A DNA stretch of 64,000 nucleotides from Octopus sinensis (lineage: Eukaryota). The notes under the pieces were generated by a model, which made no database searches, was not told where the DNA came from, and saw only the letters and a list, made by a program, of their open reading frames with translations. Shown here piece after piece: positions 24,641 to 37,269 of the stretch. Position 1 is the stretch's first letter; each line of letters starts with the position of its first letter. The stretch covers positions 197,532,001 to 197,596,000 of the forward strand of contig NC_042997.1 of the NCBI RefSeq assembly GCF_006345805.1, given 5' to 3'. The translations under genes were made by a program, and so were the position numbers.

Positions 24641-24761
24641 CTGAAAAACAAAATAGAAGTATTATGTCACCAGACAGTCAATGGAAACCATAATAAAGAC
24701 ACAGGGAAATGTCAGTCAGAATAATGGTAGTCTGTAGGCGGCAAATTGGAATAGTCAATAG

Positions 24762-25170
24762 GGATCTTTTCGGTTTGAATGGCAGTTTTTTAAAATAATT
24801 TCCACGTAACTAAACACTTTTAAACTTCGTATACTGGTAGAATGTGTTTATAAAACATCTTTTTCTCTTGGCTTTATTGAGAAAATTCTATAGTTTGTAA
24901 GATATTTGTTGTTTTTTTTCTTCAATTTCTGCAATTTCAACCAATCACTGACATCTATTGAGGTGAAAACATTGTGCCGTATGAATATGTCCATCGTTTA
25001 AGAAACAGATTGGGTTATTTACATTTCTGAAGAAAAAAAAGATACCCTTCCTCCCAACCTTAAGCCTAACCCAGATTGAAATGCAATAGATCGATACTAG
25101 GGTCATAATTATGGGTGACAATTTCATATGACACCGCTAGAAAAAACTGCCATTCAAACCGAAAAGATCC
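24762..25170. mobile_element. MITE with GGATCTTTTCGGTTTGAA TIRs and 8-bp TSD (Merlin-like)
   Basis: TIRs of about 27 bp; TSD GTCAATAG/GTCAACAG. Confidence 0.85.
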
Positions 25171-26456
25171 GTCAACAGAGCATGGATACCTTTAGCAGAG
25201 ATCACTCTGTTATAAGCATTGAGGCCAGGTATCTAGTAAGAGAGAATGAGGAAGTTGTCTCAAACTAGTCTTAACCCTTTTGTTACCAAGTCGGCCACTG
25301 CTGGTTGAAAAATTTTTTGGCTCAAATGAGCAACCCATCTGAGGTCGGCCGAGTGAACCCATTGATATTTAGATGTGAATTTCAGCACAAATCTCATTAA
25401 TACATTTGTGAAAACATGTAATTTCATTATGTAAATAGTTAAGTTACAGTATCTGACATTGTTTGACGTGATATCCGAGCTATGTGAATTTTGAGAGATT
25501 TTTTCCCACTTTCTTTGGTGATTTTTGTTTTTAACTTTTAAAATGGATAACAGTTTTATGCTATCAAGCAGTTATTCTGAATTTGAGGGCTTTTCAATGG
25601 AAGATAAGGAGAAATCAAGCAAATGTAAGCTTGTTTGAAGTGGTCACTGCAGAAACACTTATGCAGAAAATAGACAAACTGAGAAAAAAAGATAGCTTTT
25701 GGTTTACATGTATTTACCTGTAATTAGAGTCACTTTGAGACAAAAGTTATGCAATAGAATTGATTAAGAACCTTTTCTTCAATTGCGTTCCAGAAATCAC
25801 ATTAATATGTCAATAAATTAAAAAGTTTCAGCTGTTTAATGAAACCAGTCTAAATTCATAGTTATTTTAAAATTTAATTGAAACTACTAAAATTTAATTG
25901 AAACTAATTACTTTTTAATAATTGTATAAAAAATTTAATTATCTATTTTTTTACTCTTCATCATCGTTTAATGTCTGTTTTCCATGCTAGCATGGGTTGG
26001 ACAGTTTGACCGGGTTCTGGGAAGCCAGGAGGCTGCATCAGGCTCCAGTCTGATCTGGCAGTGTTTCTACAGCCAGATGCCCTTCTTAATGCCAACCACT
26101 CCGTTCATTCAATTTGCCCATTTGTTCGATTTGCCCATCATTTTAATTTTTTAAATAGATGTATAAAAATGTAAGAATGTTTTATTTAAGATATAATAAA
26201 TAAATGAAACATGTAGATCACATACTAAAGTAGAATTTGACTCTTGTAGATCATGTTGGTTACGTAGATAGATCGCATATCAAAGTAGCACTGAAATATT
26301 TACCATGTTTGGAAACGGGCAAGGGCTGGCAAGAGGAGGGCCATCTAGCTACAGAAAATATACTGCAACATATTCCATATGGACCATGGGAGTTAGGAAA
26401 ATTGGGATTCCAAAAGACTGAAGAATATCAAAAGTTCTACGTATATTTAGCATTAC

Positions 26457-26567
26457 CTGTTTTTGGGAAGTTGCCGATCGATACTCTCCAAGATTATTTG
26501 GCCAGCTAAGTAACGCTTCCTCTGCTTGTTTCAACCCACGACGCTGCTGTAGTTTGGCTTCAGCATG
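26457..26567 (-). CDS. ACTR8: ARP8 exon 4 (HAEAKLQQRRGLKQAEEALLSW...SQKQ)
   Basis: Aligns to vertebrate ARP8 KPESNEQRQNGLKMVDQAIW; CAG/GT; 37 codons. Confidence 0.88.
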
Positions 26568-27804
26568 CTGAGAATAAAGGATTAAAAACATAGAATTAAC
26601 ATTCAATGTACAGGATCTCAGTGCAGTAATAATTCAATGTACTGGATATATTTTGGGGACCCAAATAATATCAAATGAGGTTAGCCAAGCATTTTCCTTT
26701 GCATTTATCACTTTGTGACATGTCTTGACATGTTGTGCACTCTTTGTAAACAAAGGCACTTTAAACAGTGCCTTTTGCTTCCAGTTACCCACATAAAATA
26801 TGTCCAGGCTGTTAGTCGTTTCATAGAATGGGAGATTGTTACCTCACTCTGAAACAAGATGAGGTTAACCTTTTCATCATCATCATTTAACGTCCGTTTT
26901 CCATGCTAGCATGGGTTGGACAGTTCGACCGGGGTCTGGGAAGCCAGGAGGCTGCACCAGGGTCCAGTCTGATCTGGCAGTGTTTCTACAGCTTGATGCC
27001 CTTCCTAACGCCAACCACTCCATGAGTGTAGTGGGTGCTTTTTACGTGCCACCAGCACAGGTGCCAGGGGAGGCTGGAAACGGCCACAATTAGTTGGTGC
27101 TTTTTACGTGCCACCAGCAAAGCATACCACCGGCACGGATACTGTATTTATTTTCAGATGCTCTGTGTTTCTTTCAATTAATTTTAAATACAACAAAGGA
27201 TTTAGTAAAACAACTTAATTATCATTAAGCTAGTGTCAGGAACATAAATTGTGACTAAGGTTTGGTGGAAGATTTTAATTCAAAATCTATGAAAATAAGA
27301 CATTTATACTCAGAGCCAGAGCCGGTTTCGGCCGGGTTGGTAACGAAAGGGTTAAAGACAGGAAGCATGTCTGACTGTAGGAAATCTCTGCTTCAATGTA
27401 CTCACAACAGATCCAAGTCAGTATGGAAAAGCAAATATTAAAACAATGATGATGATGAATCTGGAGGAAGGAGCAAGGCACACGGCATCTGCAGGCCCTT
27501 TGAGGCTGGTGAGATTGATACCTATTTTTTTTTTACTACCCACAAGGGGCTAAACACAGAGAGGACAAACAAGGACAGACAAACGGATTAAGTCGATTAT
27601 ATCGACCCCAGTGCGTAACTGGTACTTAATTTATCGACCCCGAGGGGATGAAAGGCAAAGTCGACCTCGGCGGAATTTGAACTCAGAACGTAACAGGAGA
27701 CGAAATACGGCTACGCATTTCGCCCGGCGTGCTAACGTTTCTGCCAGCTCGCCGCTGAGATTGATACCATTAACCCTTTAGCATTCAGATTAACCCTTTA
27801 ACAT

Positions 27805-28050
27805 TGTCCTTCCAGGACTGGCATCTCTTGATCTGCAGCCACCTTCAGACAATCTCTACTGCCTCCACAGCCAACCTGATAGCTTCCTGCCTACTGGCCC
27901 CAGTGATGCCAAGCAAGTTATAAGCTCTGCAGAGGGATTGACCTGCAAATCCTCTGCATCCCACTCCAATGGGATCATACTTTGTTTGCCACCAACTGCT
28001 TTGGCATGGCTCCACCAGCACAGAATATTTCTTTCTCTTACTCTCATTAT
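27805..28050 (-). mobile_element. HERO-like RLE non-LTR retrotransposon C-terminal relic
   Basis: KRKKYSVLVEPCQ..W.....PIGVGCRGFAGQSLCRAYNLLGITG...EAVE..*RWLQIKR; resembles the RLE C-terminus (K..KY, VEVGCRGF, RWLWIKR); one stop. Confidence 0.75.
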
Positions 28051-28080
28051 TATCAAAGAAGGAGAAACAAAACAAAATAC

Positions 28081-28251
28081 CTGACACTCTTTCTTAACCA
28101 GCCACGGATCTTCATATCTTTTCTGACCAGGAACCTTATGCCTGCGGGCAATACAGTGTGGTATTATGACAGGAAGGGAATCTGATGCTCGTCCGATTCG
28201 AAGATTCTGTGATCCAGGGTGAATCACAATAATGTGATTTACTTGCATGGG
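28081..28251 (-). CDS. ACTR8: ARP8 exon 3 (PMQVNHIIVIHPGSQNLRIGRASD...KKECQ)
   Basis: Matches ARP8 IIVIHPGSxxLRIGRAxD; AG/GT boundaries; 57 codons. Confidence 0.95.
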
Positions 28252-29047
28252 CTGTAAAGGTAAAAGTAACAGGTATCACCATCAAGAGACAATACAGGTA
28301 AGAAATATCATACATCAACATCAAAATGTTTGGGGTCTATTATACTCATCTTTAAAAGTGAAAAATATTTAATTTAGTAAGGACTGGCTGTGTGGTAAGT
28401 AGCTTACTTACCAACCACATGGTTCTGGGTTCAGTCCCACTGTGTGGAACCTTGGGCAAGTGTCTTCTACTATAGACTTGGACTGACTAAAGCCTTGTAA
28501 GTGGATTTGGCAAATGGAAACTGAAAGAAGCCCATTGTATATACAGGTAAGACATATACATCAACATCAAAATGTTTGGGGTCTATTATACTCATCTTTA
28601 GAGGTGAAAAATATTTTATTGAGTAAGGAGTGGCTGCGTGGTAAATAGCTTGCTTACCAACCACATGATTCCGGGTTCGGTCCTACTGAGTGGAACCTTG
28701 GGCAAGTGTCTTCTACTATAGCCTTGGGCTGACTAAAGCCTTGTAAGTGGATTTGGCAAATGGAAACTGAAAGAAGCCCATCATATATGTGTGTGTGTGT
28801 CTGGTTTGTTTCCACACCATTGCTTGACAACTCATGTTGGTGTGTTTATGTCCCCGTAACTTGGCAGTTCAGCAAAAGAGGCTGACAGAAAAAGCACTAG
28901 GCTTACAAAGAATAAGTCCTAGGGTTGATTTATACGACTAAAGGCAGTGCTCCAGCATGGCCACAGTCAAGATAAAAGAATCAACAAATTTCTATCAGTT
29001 TTGTTAACGTTTACAAAAATATGTAATTTTAAAAGAAGTTTACTCAC

Positions 29048-29454
29048 CTCAAGATATGGAAGAGATTGAGGATATAACCTCTTGCCTGCTGTAGGAGCCA
29101 TCAGTGGCCTCTTTTGTAAAATTTCCCCAATTTTGCTGGCTGACTTTGGAAGAGGCTCAAGTTTTGGCTTGAGGCTATCTTTATCCAGCTCCCTTGCCGG
29201 ATTGGAAGATGCTTCCTGTGAAGATTCCGGTTTGATAGAATCTTCCAAGGAATCTATGCCTTTGCATCTTCGTCCTTCTGGGATGTAGTCATTACTGCAA
29301 CACTCATCACTGAAGTTGCAGTTTTTCTGTAACTTATTCAGGGTGAGTTTCTGTGGTGACACGTCAAAAGGGAAGTCAGTCAGCTCAGGAGGTTCAAAAG
29401 AAGGACAGATGTAACCGGTATCAGAATTCAGACAATCATTGAAGGGATCCAGTA
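29048..29454 (-). CDS. ACTR8: ARP8 coding exon 2 (LDPFNDCLNS...GKRLYPQSLPYLE)
   Basis: 135 open codons, TAG acceptor, GTGAGT donor, phase 0 into exon 3; the end loosely resembles the vertebrate ARP8 segment before the actin fold. Confidence 0.7.
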
Positions 29455-29488
29455 CTAGAAAATAAAATAAAAAAAAAAAAAATTAATA

Positions 29489-29865
29489 TAGGCGCAGGAG
29501 TGGCTATGTGGTAAGTAGCTTGTTTACCAATCACATGGTTCTGGGTTCAGTCCCACTGCGTGGCACCTTGGGCAAGTGTCTTCTACTATAGCCTCGGGCC
29601 GACCAAAGCCTTGTGAGTGGATTTGGTAGACGGAAACTGAAAGAAGCCCGTCGTATATATGTATATATATATATGTATGTGTATGTGTGTGTGTTTGACA
29701 ACCGATGCTGGTGTGTTTATGTCCTCGTCACTTAGCGGTTCGGCAAAAGAGACCGATAGAATAAGTATTGGGCTTACAAAGAATAGTCCCGGGGTCTAGT
29801 TGCTCGATTAAAGGTGGTGCTCCAGCATGGCCACAGTCAAATGACTGAAACAAGTAAAAAAAAAA
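29489..29865 (+). mobile_element. tRNA-derived SINE, family B (GGCGCAGGAGTGGCTGTGTGGTAAG..., CORE-like GGCACCTTGGGCAAGTG, internal (TA)n/(TG)n)
   Basis: A/B-box-like head. Copies at 7955-8335 (-), 12150-12370, 28380-28970, 34245-34775 (-), 40430-41035, 47175-47390 (-), 48325-48790, 51900-52110, 57240-57650 (-) and 63100-63720 (-). Confidence 0.85.
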
Positions 29866-31622
29866 AAAAATTGCATGTATCTGTATGTAATAGACCCATC
29901 ACCAGACTTTGGTGCCTGGGTAGTGGTAATGGTAGTGGAAGGGAATGCGGCAAAGTCAAAGGTATTGATGGTGGTAGCAGGGGAAGTCTGAATCATCATC
30001 ATTGTTTAATGTCCGCTTTCCATGCTAGCATGGGTTGGACAATTTGACTGAGGACTGGCGAACCAGATGGCTGCACCAGGCTCCACTCTGATCTGGCAGA
30101 GTTTTTACAGCTGGATGCTCTTCCTAACGCCAACCACTCCGAGAGTGTAGAGGGTGCTTTTACGTGCCACTCAGGCGGTACTGGGAGGTGTGTATATTTC
30201 AGTTGTCATGGCAATGGTGGTGGTACAGGTGATGGTGATTGATGAAAACAATCAACAGAAAGAGAGAGAGAGAAAGAAAGGGGTTAGATAGATAAAAAAA
30301 AAAAATGTACTGACCCCTGAATGGGAAGACAAAAAACGTTTATCGTGCACCTTTGCAATAAGTTCTAAGTCGACAAATTATATAAATTGTTCATTGCTTT
30401 AAAAATATTGGTGAAGTTTAATAAAATTTAATATGTACTCAATGCATGAAGTATCGTTGTTGGGCCCAAGGCCCAAAGAAGAGCCCTCCACAGGAGCTAG
30501 CTTAAAAGCCATCTTATCGTGCAGCTTTTAAGCTAGTTTGTAATAATGCTAAAGAGGAATTTCAAATCAAGTGTATCACTGTAAATCTCAGGATATACCA
30601 CTGAATAGTGAGGGAGCAGTGCCCTCCAGTGTACTCCTCAGCATGATCCACATGGTGCTTAGGTGTTTCACTCATAAAGACACACATTGCCCAGTCTGGG
30701 TTTCAAACCTGTGGTCCCTCAACTGCAAGTCTGCTGCTCTAACCACTAGGCCATGTACCTCTACGTCCTTCCTAATGCCAACCACTTAACAGAGTGTGCG
30801 TGATGGTTTTCACATGCCACAAGCACAGGTACATTTACATAGCAACAGCACAGGTGTGTTAACACAGCACCAGCACTGGTGCTTTTTAAGTGGTACCGGC
30901 ACCTGAAAGGACAACCCTGTATGCATGGAAGACAGTGGTTTCCCTTAGCTCGAAGTATCTTATCAAGTACAGCAAATCGTCACATCTCCCAGTCTCTTAT
31001 CATTTCCTTAATGAGGCCCAGCGTCCGAAGATCCTTTCTCACCACTTCATCCTACGTCTTCCTGGGTCTACACTTTCCACAGGTACCCTCCATAATTAGA
31101 GCTCGGCACTTCTTTATGCTGCAACCAGCGCAGTTTTCTCTCTTGCACACAATACACACACACACATATATATATATACATATGGCAACCCTTCGGTATT
31201 GGTACACGCCATTCAACCAACATGACCTTCCCTCATGATATAGATAATGAGGCTAGACTGAAGAAAATGGGTGAATAACGACGTCTCTTCACTGTCACTC
31301 TCTAGACCAATACCGAAGGAATGTCGAATATATGTGCGTGTACTAACGAACAAAAGTATATATATTAAGCTAAGTCAACCTGCTAATAGATACAACTCTA
31401 TGTATTCAGTACTACTTCAATTCGATAGTACACTCACACGAGTGTACAAAAAGACGTACGTGTATATATATTTATAATTGCATTCTTATCTTATATGTAT
31501 TAAATTATAATGTATATATGCATGCTATTAAGGTTCTCAATTTTGTTAAATGAATAAATAAGTCAGCATTCTAATATCCGAAAGCTGATGAACCAACTAA
31601 ATTGTTTCTCCATTTTCTTATT

Positions 31623-31669
<47 letters not shown>

Positions 31670-31919
31670 TTGATTATAGTGGGACAGCGCCGGCTAAGGC
31701 GAATGTGAAGAATACGCACACATGGTGTTTAAGGTTAGAATTTAAGTTTAGGGTATCGAGTTTTTGTTACGCCGAAAACGAGTGGCGTGCGTGTCCTTTA
31801 CCGCTGCCCAATTTAAAACCCATGTGTTTATTAAAGATAAAAATTTAAAGACCCATTTCATTTTGAATAGATGAAGCAACTAGTCGGTCACAACCGGAAA
31901 ACTTTCGAGCTATTTTCTA

Positions 31920-32205
31920 TTGTCATCATCATCATTGTTCGACCGTGGTCGAGACAATGGAATTTACCATGCTACGCCAGACTTCACGGTCCATCATGGC
32001 ATTACGGAGGTCCTGTTGCTGGATGCCTGTATCCCTGGAGATTACATCAGGGTAGGAGAGTGTGCGCCCTCTGGTATTGCGAGTAGATGGCTTCCAGAGG
32101 AGAAGAGTAGAAATTACTTCTTTTTCAGCTCTACAACAATGTCCAGCAAACTGGACTCTTCTACCTTTCACAAGAAAATTTATTAATAAATGTGATATAT
32201 CTTGT
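31920..32205 (-). mobile_element. Second RTE-type LINE family, 3' end
   Basis: RRVQFAGHC.R...LLW.P...RGR..LSY...I.RDTG.....L..AM.DR.VW followed by a (GAT)n tail. Confidence 0.8.
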
Positions 32206-32836
32206 AGCAGTTTAAATGCAGAAACTAAGTACATTTAGTAGTTTTCGTTACCATTTTACAACTTACATTCTTTTACTTTAGTTTCAAAAAGATACTGAAA
32301 CAGGAAACAACTCCAAATAATTGGTTTTGTTTTAGATATAAGGCCAGCAATTTTAAGAAGGTGGCTGTTAGTCGATACTACGGACCTTAGTACTTGAGTG
32401 TGCTTTATTATCTTTCACTGTACATTCATCCCCCCGAGGAATGAAAAGGAAAGTTGACCTCGGTGGTATTTGAACTCAGAACGTAAAGAGCCGGTACATG
32501 TGCTTGCTGCAAGGAATTTATATACTAACGATCTAAATTTCAGATAAATTAGAGCGAGTGAGAATGGGTCGGAGAAGAAATGAGATACAATATGAGAATT
32601 AAAGCCTTCCACAAACCCTTGGATGAAAATAACATTGCAGTAGTAAGATGTAAATAAAGGGGGAAACCAATGATGAGAGCATGATTTGAAGCTGACAGAA
32701 CCCGATAAAAGTCTAGATTATTAGAATTAATTAATTAAAATTAAGCAATCAATGCATTGGATATACAAGTTAAACATTATATCTATAACTTAAAACAATT
32801 ACTTGCACTGATTTAAGCTATAATATAATTTCCTAC

Positions 32837-32981
32837 CTTCGTTAAAAGTGAGAGGGAATTCGTTCTCGACGGAATCACAAACCAAAACAGACGAGGAATG
32901 TGGTAAATTTTCCTCACATTTTGATGACGTAAACATTTTGTGCGAACAAACTTGTTCTTTTTTTGTTCTTTTGCTCTCCAT
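32837..32981 (-). CDS. ACTR8: ARP8 putative first coding exon (MESKRTKKEQ...PLTFNE)
   Basis: ATG preceded by an in-frame TGA; ends at a phase-1 GTAGGA donor that fits the 29454 acceptor (G+TA=Val). No recognisable homology; supported by splice phase only. Confidence 0.55.
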
Positions 32982-33964
32982 TCATTTGAAACTTTTTCAG
33001 AAACCCTCCTTGGGCAACAAGGTGCTTGATTTATATATACATGAAACTGATGATTTTTATTTTTTTCTAATTTACATATAAATGGGATTCTAAATTCTAA
33101 ATTGCTTTCAAGACTATCGAACATATTTATATTTGGTATTTTTTTTTTCGGTTGTCGTTACGTTCTGAGTTCAAATTCCGCCCAGGCCGACTTTGCCTTT
33201 CATCTTTTTGGGGTCGATAAATAAAGTACCAGTTTGGCACTGAGGTCGATGTAATCGACTTAATCCCGTTGTCTATCCTTGTTTGTCCTCTGTGTTTAGA
33301 CCATTGTAGGTAATAAAGAAATAGGTATTTTGTCTGTCGTTACGTTCTGAGTTCAAATTCCGCCGAGGTCGACTTTGCCTTTCATCCTTTCAGGGTCGAT
33401 AAATTAAGTACCAGTTTCGCACTGGGGTCAATGTAATCGACTTAATCCCTTTGTCTGTCCTTGTTTGTCCCCTCTGTGTTTAGCCCCTTGTGGGTAGTAA
33501 AGAAATAGGTATTTTGTCTGTCGTTACGTTCTGAGTTCAAATTCCGCTGAGGACGACTTTACCTTTCATCCTTTCGGGGTCGATAAATAAAGTACTAGTT
33601 CGCACGGGTCGATGTAATCGACTTAATCCCTTTGTTTGTCCCCTCTATGTTTAGCCCCTTGTGGGCAGTAAAGAAATACATATTTATATTTGGTATTTTA
33701 TACATTCATTAACGTTTATGTTGTGGTTTCAAATCCCGCTGAAGTCAACTTTGCCTTCCATTTTTTCAGGGTCAAAAAAAAAAAAAATCAGTGAAATAAC
33801 TATAGATTTAATATTGGGTAATCTTTCAGTTTAGGGTGCTTAAAAAAGTAAATAAAAATGAAGGGGGAAATACGAAGTGGGGATAAATAAGTCAACTGTT
33901 GTACAACGTAGATAGACCCCGGCTATAGCCACCAAAAAATGAAAGAAAGTCTTTTTTTTTTCTG

Positions 33965-34160
33965 GAATAGAATTCCTCCTTATGAATTCGTGTAAACATG
34001 ACAAATAAATTGTCCGATGTTCCAAACTCGCCGCAATTTTCTTTTCATCCGCATCCACATACTCTCCATATTTTACGTGTGGAGGTCCTCATTTGTGGGA
34101 TCTACAAAGTTCTGGTGTACAATCACTTTCTGAGTGAAGGTGCCACCATTTAGGCGTCAT
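33965..34160 (-). mobile_element. Merlin / IS1595 (ISXO2-like) DDE transposase fragment
   Basis: LNGGTFTQKVIVHQNFVDPTNEDLHT*NMESMWMRMKRKLRR then, after a frameshift, FGTS and SCLHEF; matches NFVDP..HTQ.IE..W...K and YL.EF. Confidence 0.8.
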
Positions 34161-35179
34161 TGTTATTTACTTTTTTAAACACTCTAAACTGAAAGATTAC
34201 CTTAATATTGATATAAAGCACCTTATATTCTTTTATTCTTTTACTTGTTTCAGTCATTTGACTGCGACCAGGCTTGAGCACCGCCTTTTGTTGAGCAAAT
34301 CGATTCCAGGACTTATTCTTTGGAAGCCTAGTTCTTATTCTATCGGTCTCTTTTATTGAACCGCTAAGTTACGGGGACGTAAACACACCAGCATCGGTTG
34401 TCAAGCGATGTTGAGGGGACAAACACAGACACACAAACATATATACACACATATCATCATCATCATCATCATCATCATCATCGTTTAACGTCCGCTTTCC
34501 ATGCTAGCATGGGTTGGACGGTTCAACTGGGGTCTGGCAAGCCAGGCCAGTCAGATTTGGCAGATATATATACACACATATATATATATATATATACAGG
34601 CAGATATACGATGGGCTTCTTTCAGTTTCCGTCTACCAAATCCACTCACAAGGCTCTGGTCGGCCCGAGGCTATAGTAGAAGACATTTACCCAAGGTGCC
34701 ATTCAGTGGGACTGAACCCGGAACCATGTGGTTGGTAAACAAGCTACTTACCACACAGCCACTCCTGCGCCTATGTAAACAAAATTATAATTGAAGAAGG
34801 CAAATAGAAAACCCATGTATATTAATTGTTGGTTTCTTTGTTGGTATATTAATTGTTGGTTAGGCAATAAATCACTTAATGAGAAAAAATCAGATGCAGC
34901 AGTCTTGATTTTTTATTTTCATATATAACATATATACCTGTACATCTTTTAAAACGTTGTCATTTTATGAGATTTTGCTGGCAAATTCTTTAATTAATAT
35001 AAACATTTATTAACACGAAAGAAAATTACCGAAGGTCTTTCATCTAATTCTTCCAAATCTTTCTGTTAAAACAGCATTGAAAACATATTCTGTTGTGTCT
35101 GGGGAGAGTCATTCTCTTTTGGTGCCTTATAATCTAACACACTCATCGGTAAAATTTTTGAGAATTTAAAAAATTTTTA

Positions 35180-36290
35180 TCACAGCAACTGGTCGCACAC
35201 CACAAGGTTTAAAGGACCCTATTGAAACAAGCCAGCATGCTCGTAGCATTATCACGACGATGGCGAGGCTAAGACATTGGGAAAGCCAAGCGCCATCACC
35301 GGCATCACCTGATACCTCGGTGAGGTAAGCTGCCAACATTGACAAGAACTTTGCGGTTAGTGGCCCAGTCCCTCCGAACATCTCAAACATCACAGGCTGG
35401 AAGAGATAGTTTACTGTCAGGCCCCAATACTTCAGGGTTTTTTCCCATTCGGCTTTGGAAACAGTGACCTTCCTACTAACCGCCGCATGCAGGATGTGGG
35501 AGGAAGCAAAGGTGTTGCAGACTGTGGCGTCCCAAATGAGGCACCCACCTCTAACTCAGGGACAGAGGATAAGATCATATGGTCTCCTTCCATCTCTTCT
35601 AGATAACCCCAACAGCTCCAGAATTGAGGAGATATTAATCTGAGCCAGGGGCCTACTTAATGATTAGATTTAGCTCGGTGGGATGAGTGAAGCGACCAGC
35701 ATTTAGGCAGCAAGACAGACCGTGAAAACCTGCTGGGTCCAGGGGCTTATCACAGCAGCATCTCAGTGCCCTACAGACTTCACCTCCCACTCTGAGTGTG
35801 ATGGAGATGTGGAGTTCAGCTAGGCTGAGTAGACCTCCAATGTTGGCACCAATCCAGTCCCCTGAGAATTTTGCACTTGCTGAAAGTAGGCAACACCTTG
35901 AAAATCAATCAGATTGATCAAGGAGAGAGTTGAAAGTGACACCTGAACGCAGATTGTTCCATGTGCTCTGTCTCCATCTGTCCTCCACTGTAACTGGAAC
36001 TGACAAACCCAGTTCTCTCCACTGAGATAGAGCTTCATCCATCTCCCTGTTAGAATTAGTCCATGTTGGAGAGGAGAGGGTGTTGCCTACCAAGGGGGGG
36101 GGAGCGTGAATGGAGGAAAGAAAACAGGGAAGAGATAAAGACAAGTACTTGCACAGACCCAGACCTCCAAACCATTTGGGCAAAGCATCTTGGTCACTGG
36201 TGTCTGGGGAGAGTTTGACATTGACCAAACATTCGAGTTTCCTGAAGATTAGGTTGTCAAAGTAGTGGAGGTGAGAATTAGTTTTCTCTT
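35180..36290 (-). mobile_element. CRE-clade non-LTR retrotransposon relic (post-RT region, zinc knuckle, RLE endonuclease)
   Basis: LP..GGLG; HGLSC..AGR..H.ELN.II; GLSRRDGRRP.D....P*..G.CLIWDATV; KY..L...Y.FQPV.FE.FG; WLSQCLSLAI. Contains frameshifts and stops. Confidence 0.85.
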
Positions 36291-37269
36291 TATATATATA
36301 TATATATCATCATCGTCGTTTAACGTCCGCTTGCCATGCTAGCATGGGTTGGACAGTTTGACTGGGGTCTGGGAAGCCAGGAGGCTGCACCAGGCCCAGT
36401 CTGATCTGGCAATGTTTCTACAGCTGAATGCCCTTCCTAACGCCAACCACTCTGAGAGTGTAGTGGGTGCTTTTTATGTGCCAGGGGAGGCTGGCAACGG
36501 CTACGATCGGTTGGTGCTTTTTATATACCACCGGCACAGATGCATTGGCCACATACGGATGGTGCTTTTTAGGTGCCAGGGTATAGGAAGTTTATGAGAG
36601 GTAATGGTGTCATTGAGACCCAAAGGTGTCAGGTAATGCTGAATAAGTGCTATAGATAGACCATAGTTAAGTTCCAGGTTTGGTGATTATGCGAATAAGG
36701 GTTCAACCTAAAATCCTTTGTCTCTCTCTCTCTCTAAATAGTTCTTCATCATAACAAAAGACACACACAGAGGTGTGACTGTGGTAACTTGAGCTACTGC
36801 AAATAGCAGAAAATTTCTCTTAAAACACACCTTCTTCATCAAAAGAAAGACACAAATTCATGGTATTTCAGGATGAAAAAAAAAACCCCAAAAAACTATG
36901 CAATAGGTTTGCCTCTGATGTAGCAAAGGTAACTCTGGGCCAAACAAAGCACAGACAAACATACTTCACATTAAAAGATTATCTACTAAAAAATACTTGT
37001 AGAGTTGACGGTATATCTTTGATGTTTCATTACCTGGTAAAACTCCATGTATTTTAAACATTTTCTCATTATGTCCTATCTAAGACTTAAAGACTGTTCA
37101 AGCAGAGTTGTCCCCCTTAGAAACCGCAAAATTGTGTGACCCAACCTCGTTTTTGAGGTTATTTTTATGTAAAAAAGAGTTGTGCAAAAAATATACTTAA
37201 TTTGGTAGCCGAAAGATTACTGAATCTTTTGATACCTCATATGTCAAAATCGGCAGGAACATATGCATA

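Noticed and set aside
30315-30394. Candidate ARP8 first coding exon (GTCAGT donor)
   Set aside because: The required frame contains TAA and the nearby ATG frame hits TAG; at most a non-coding exon.
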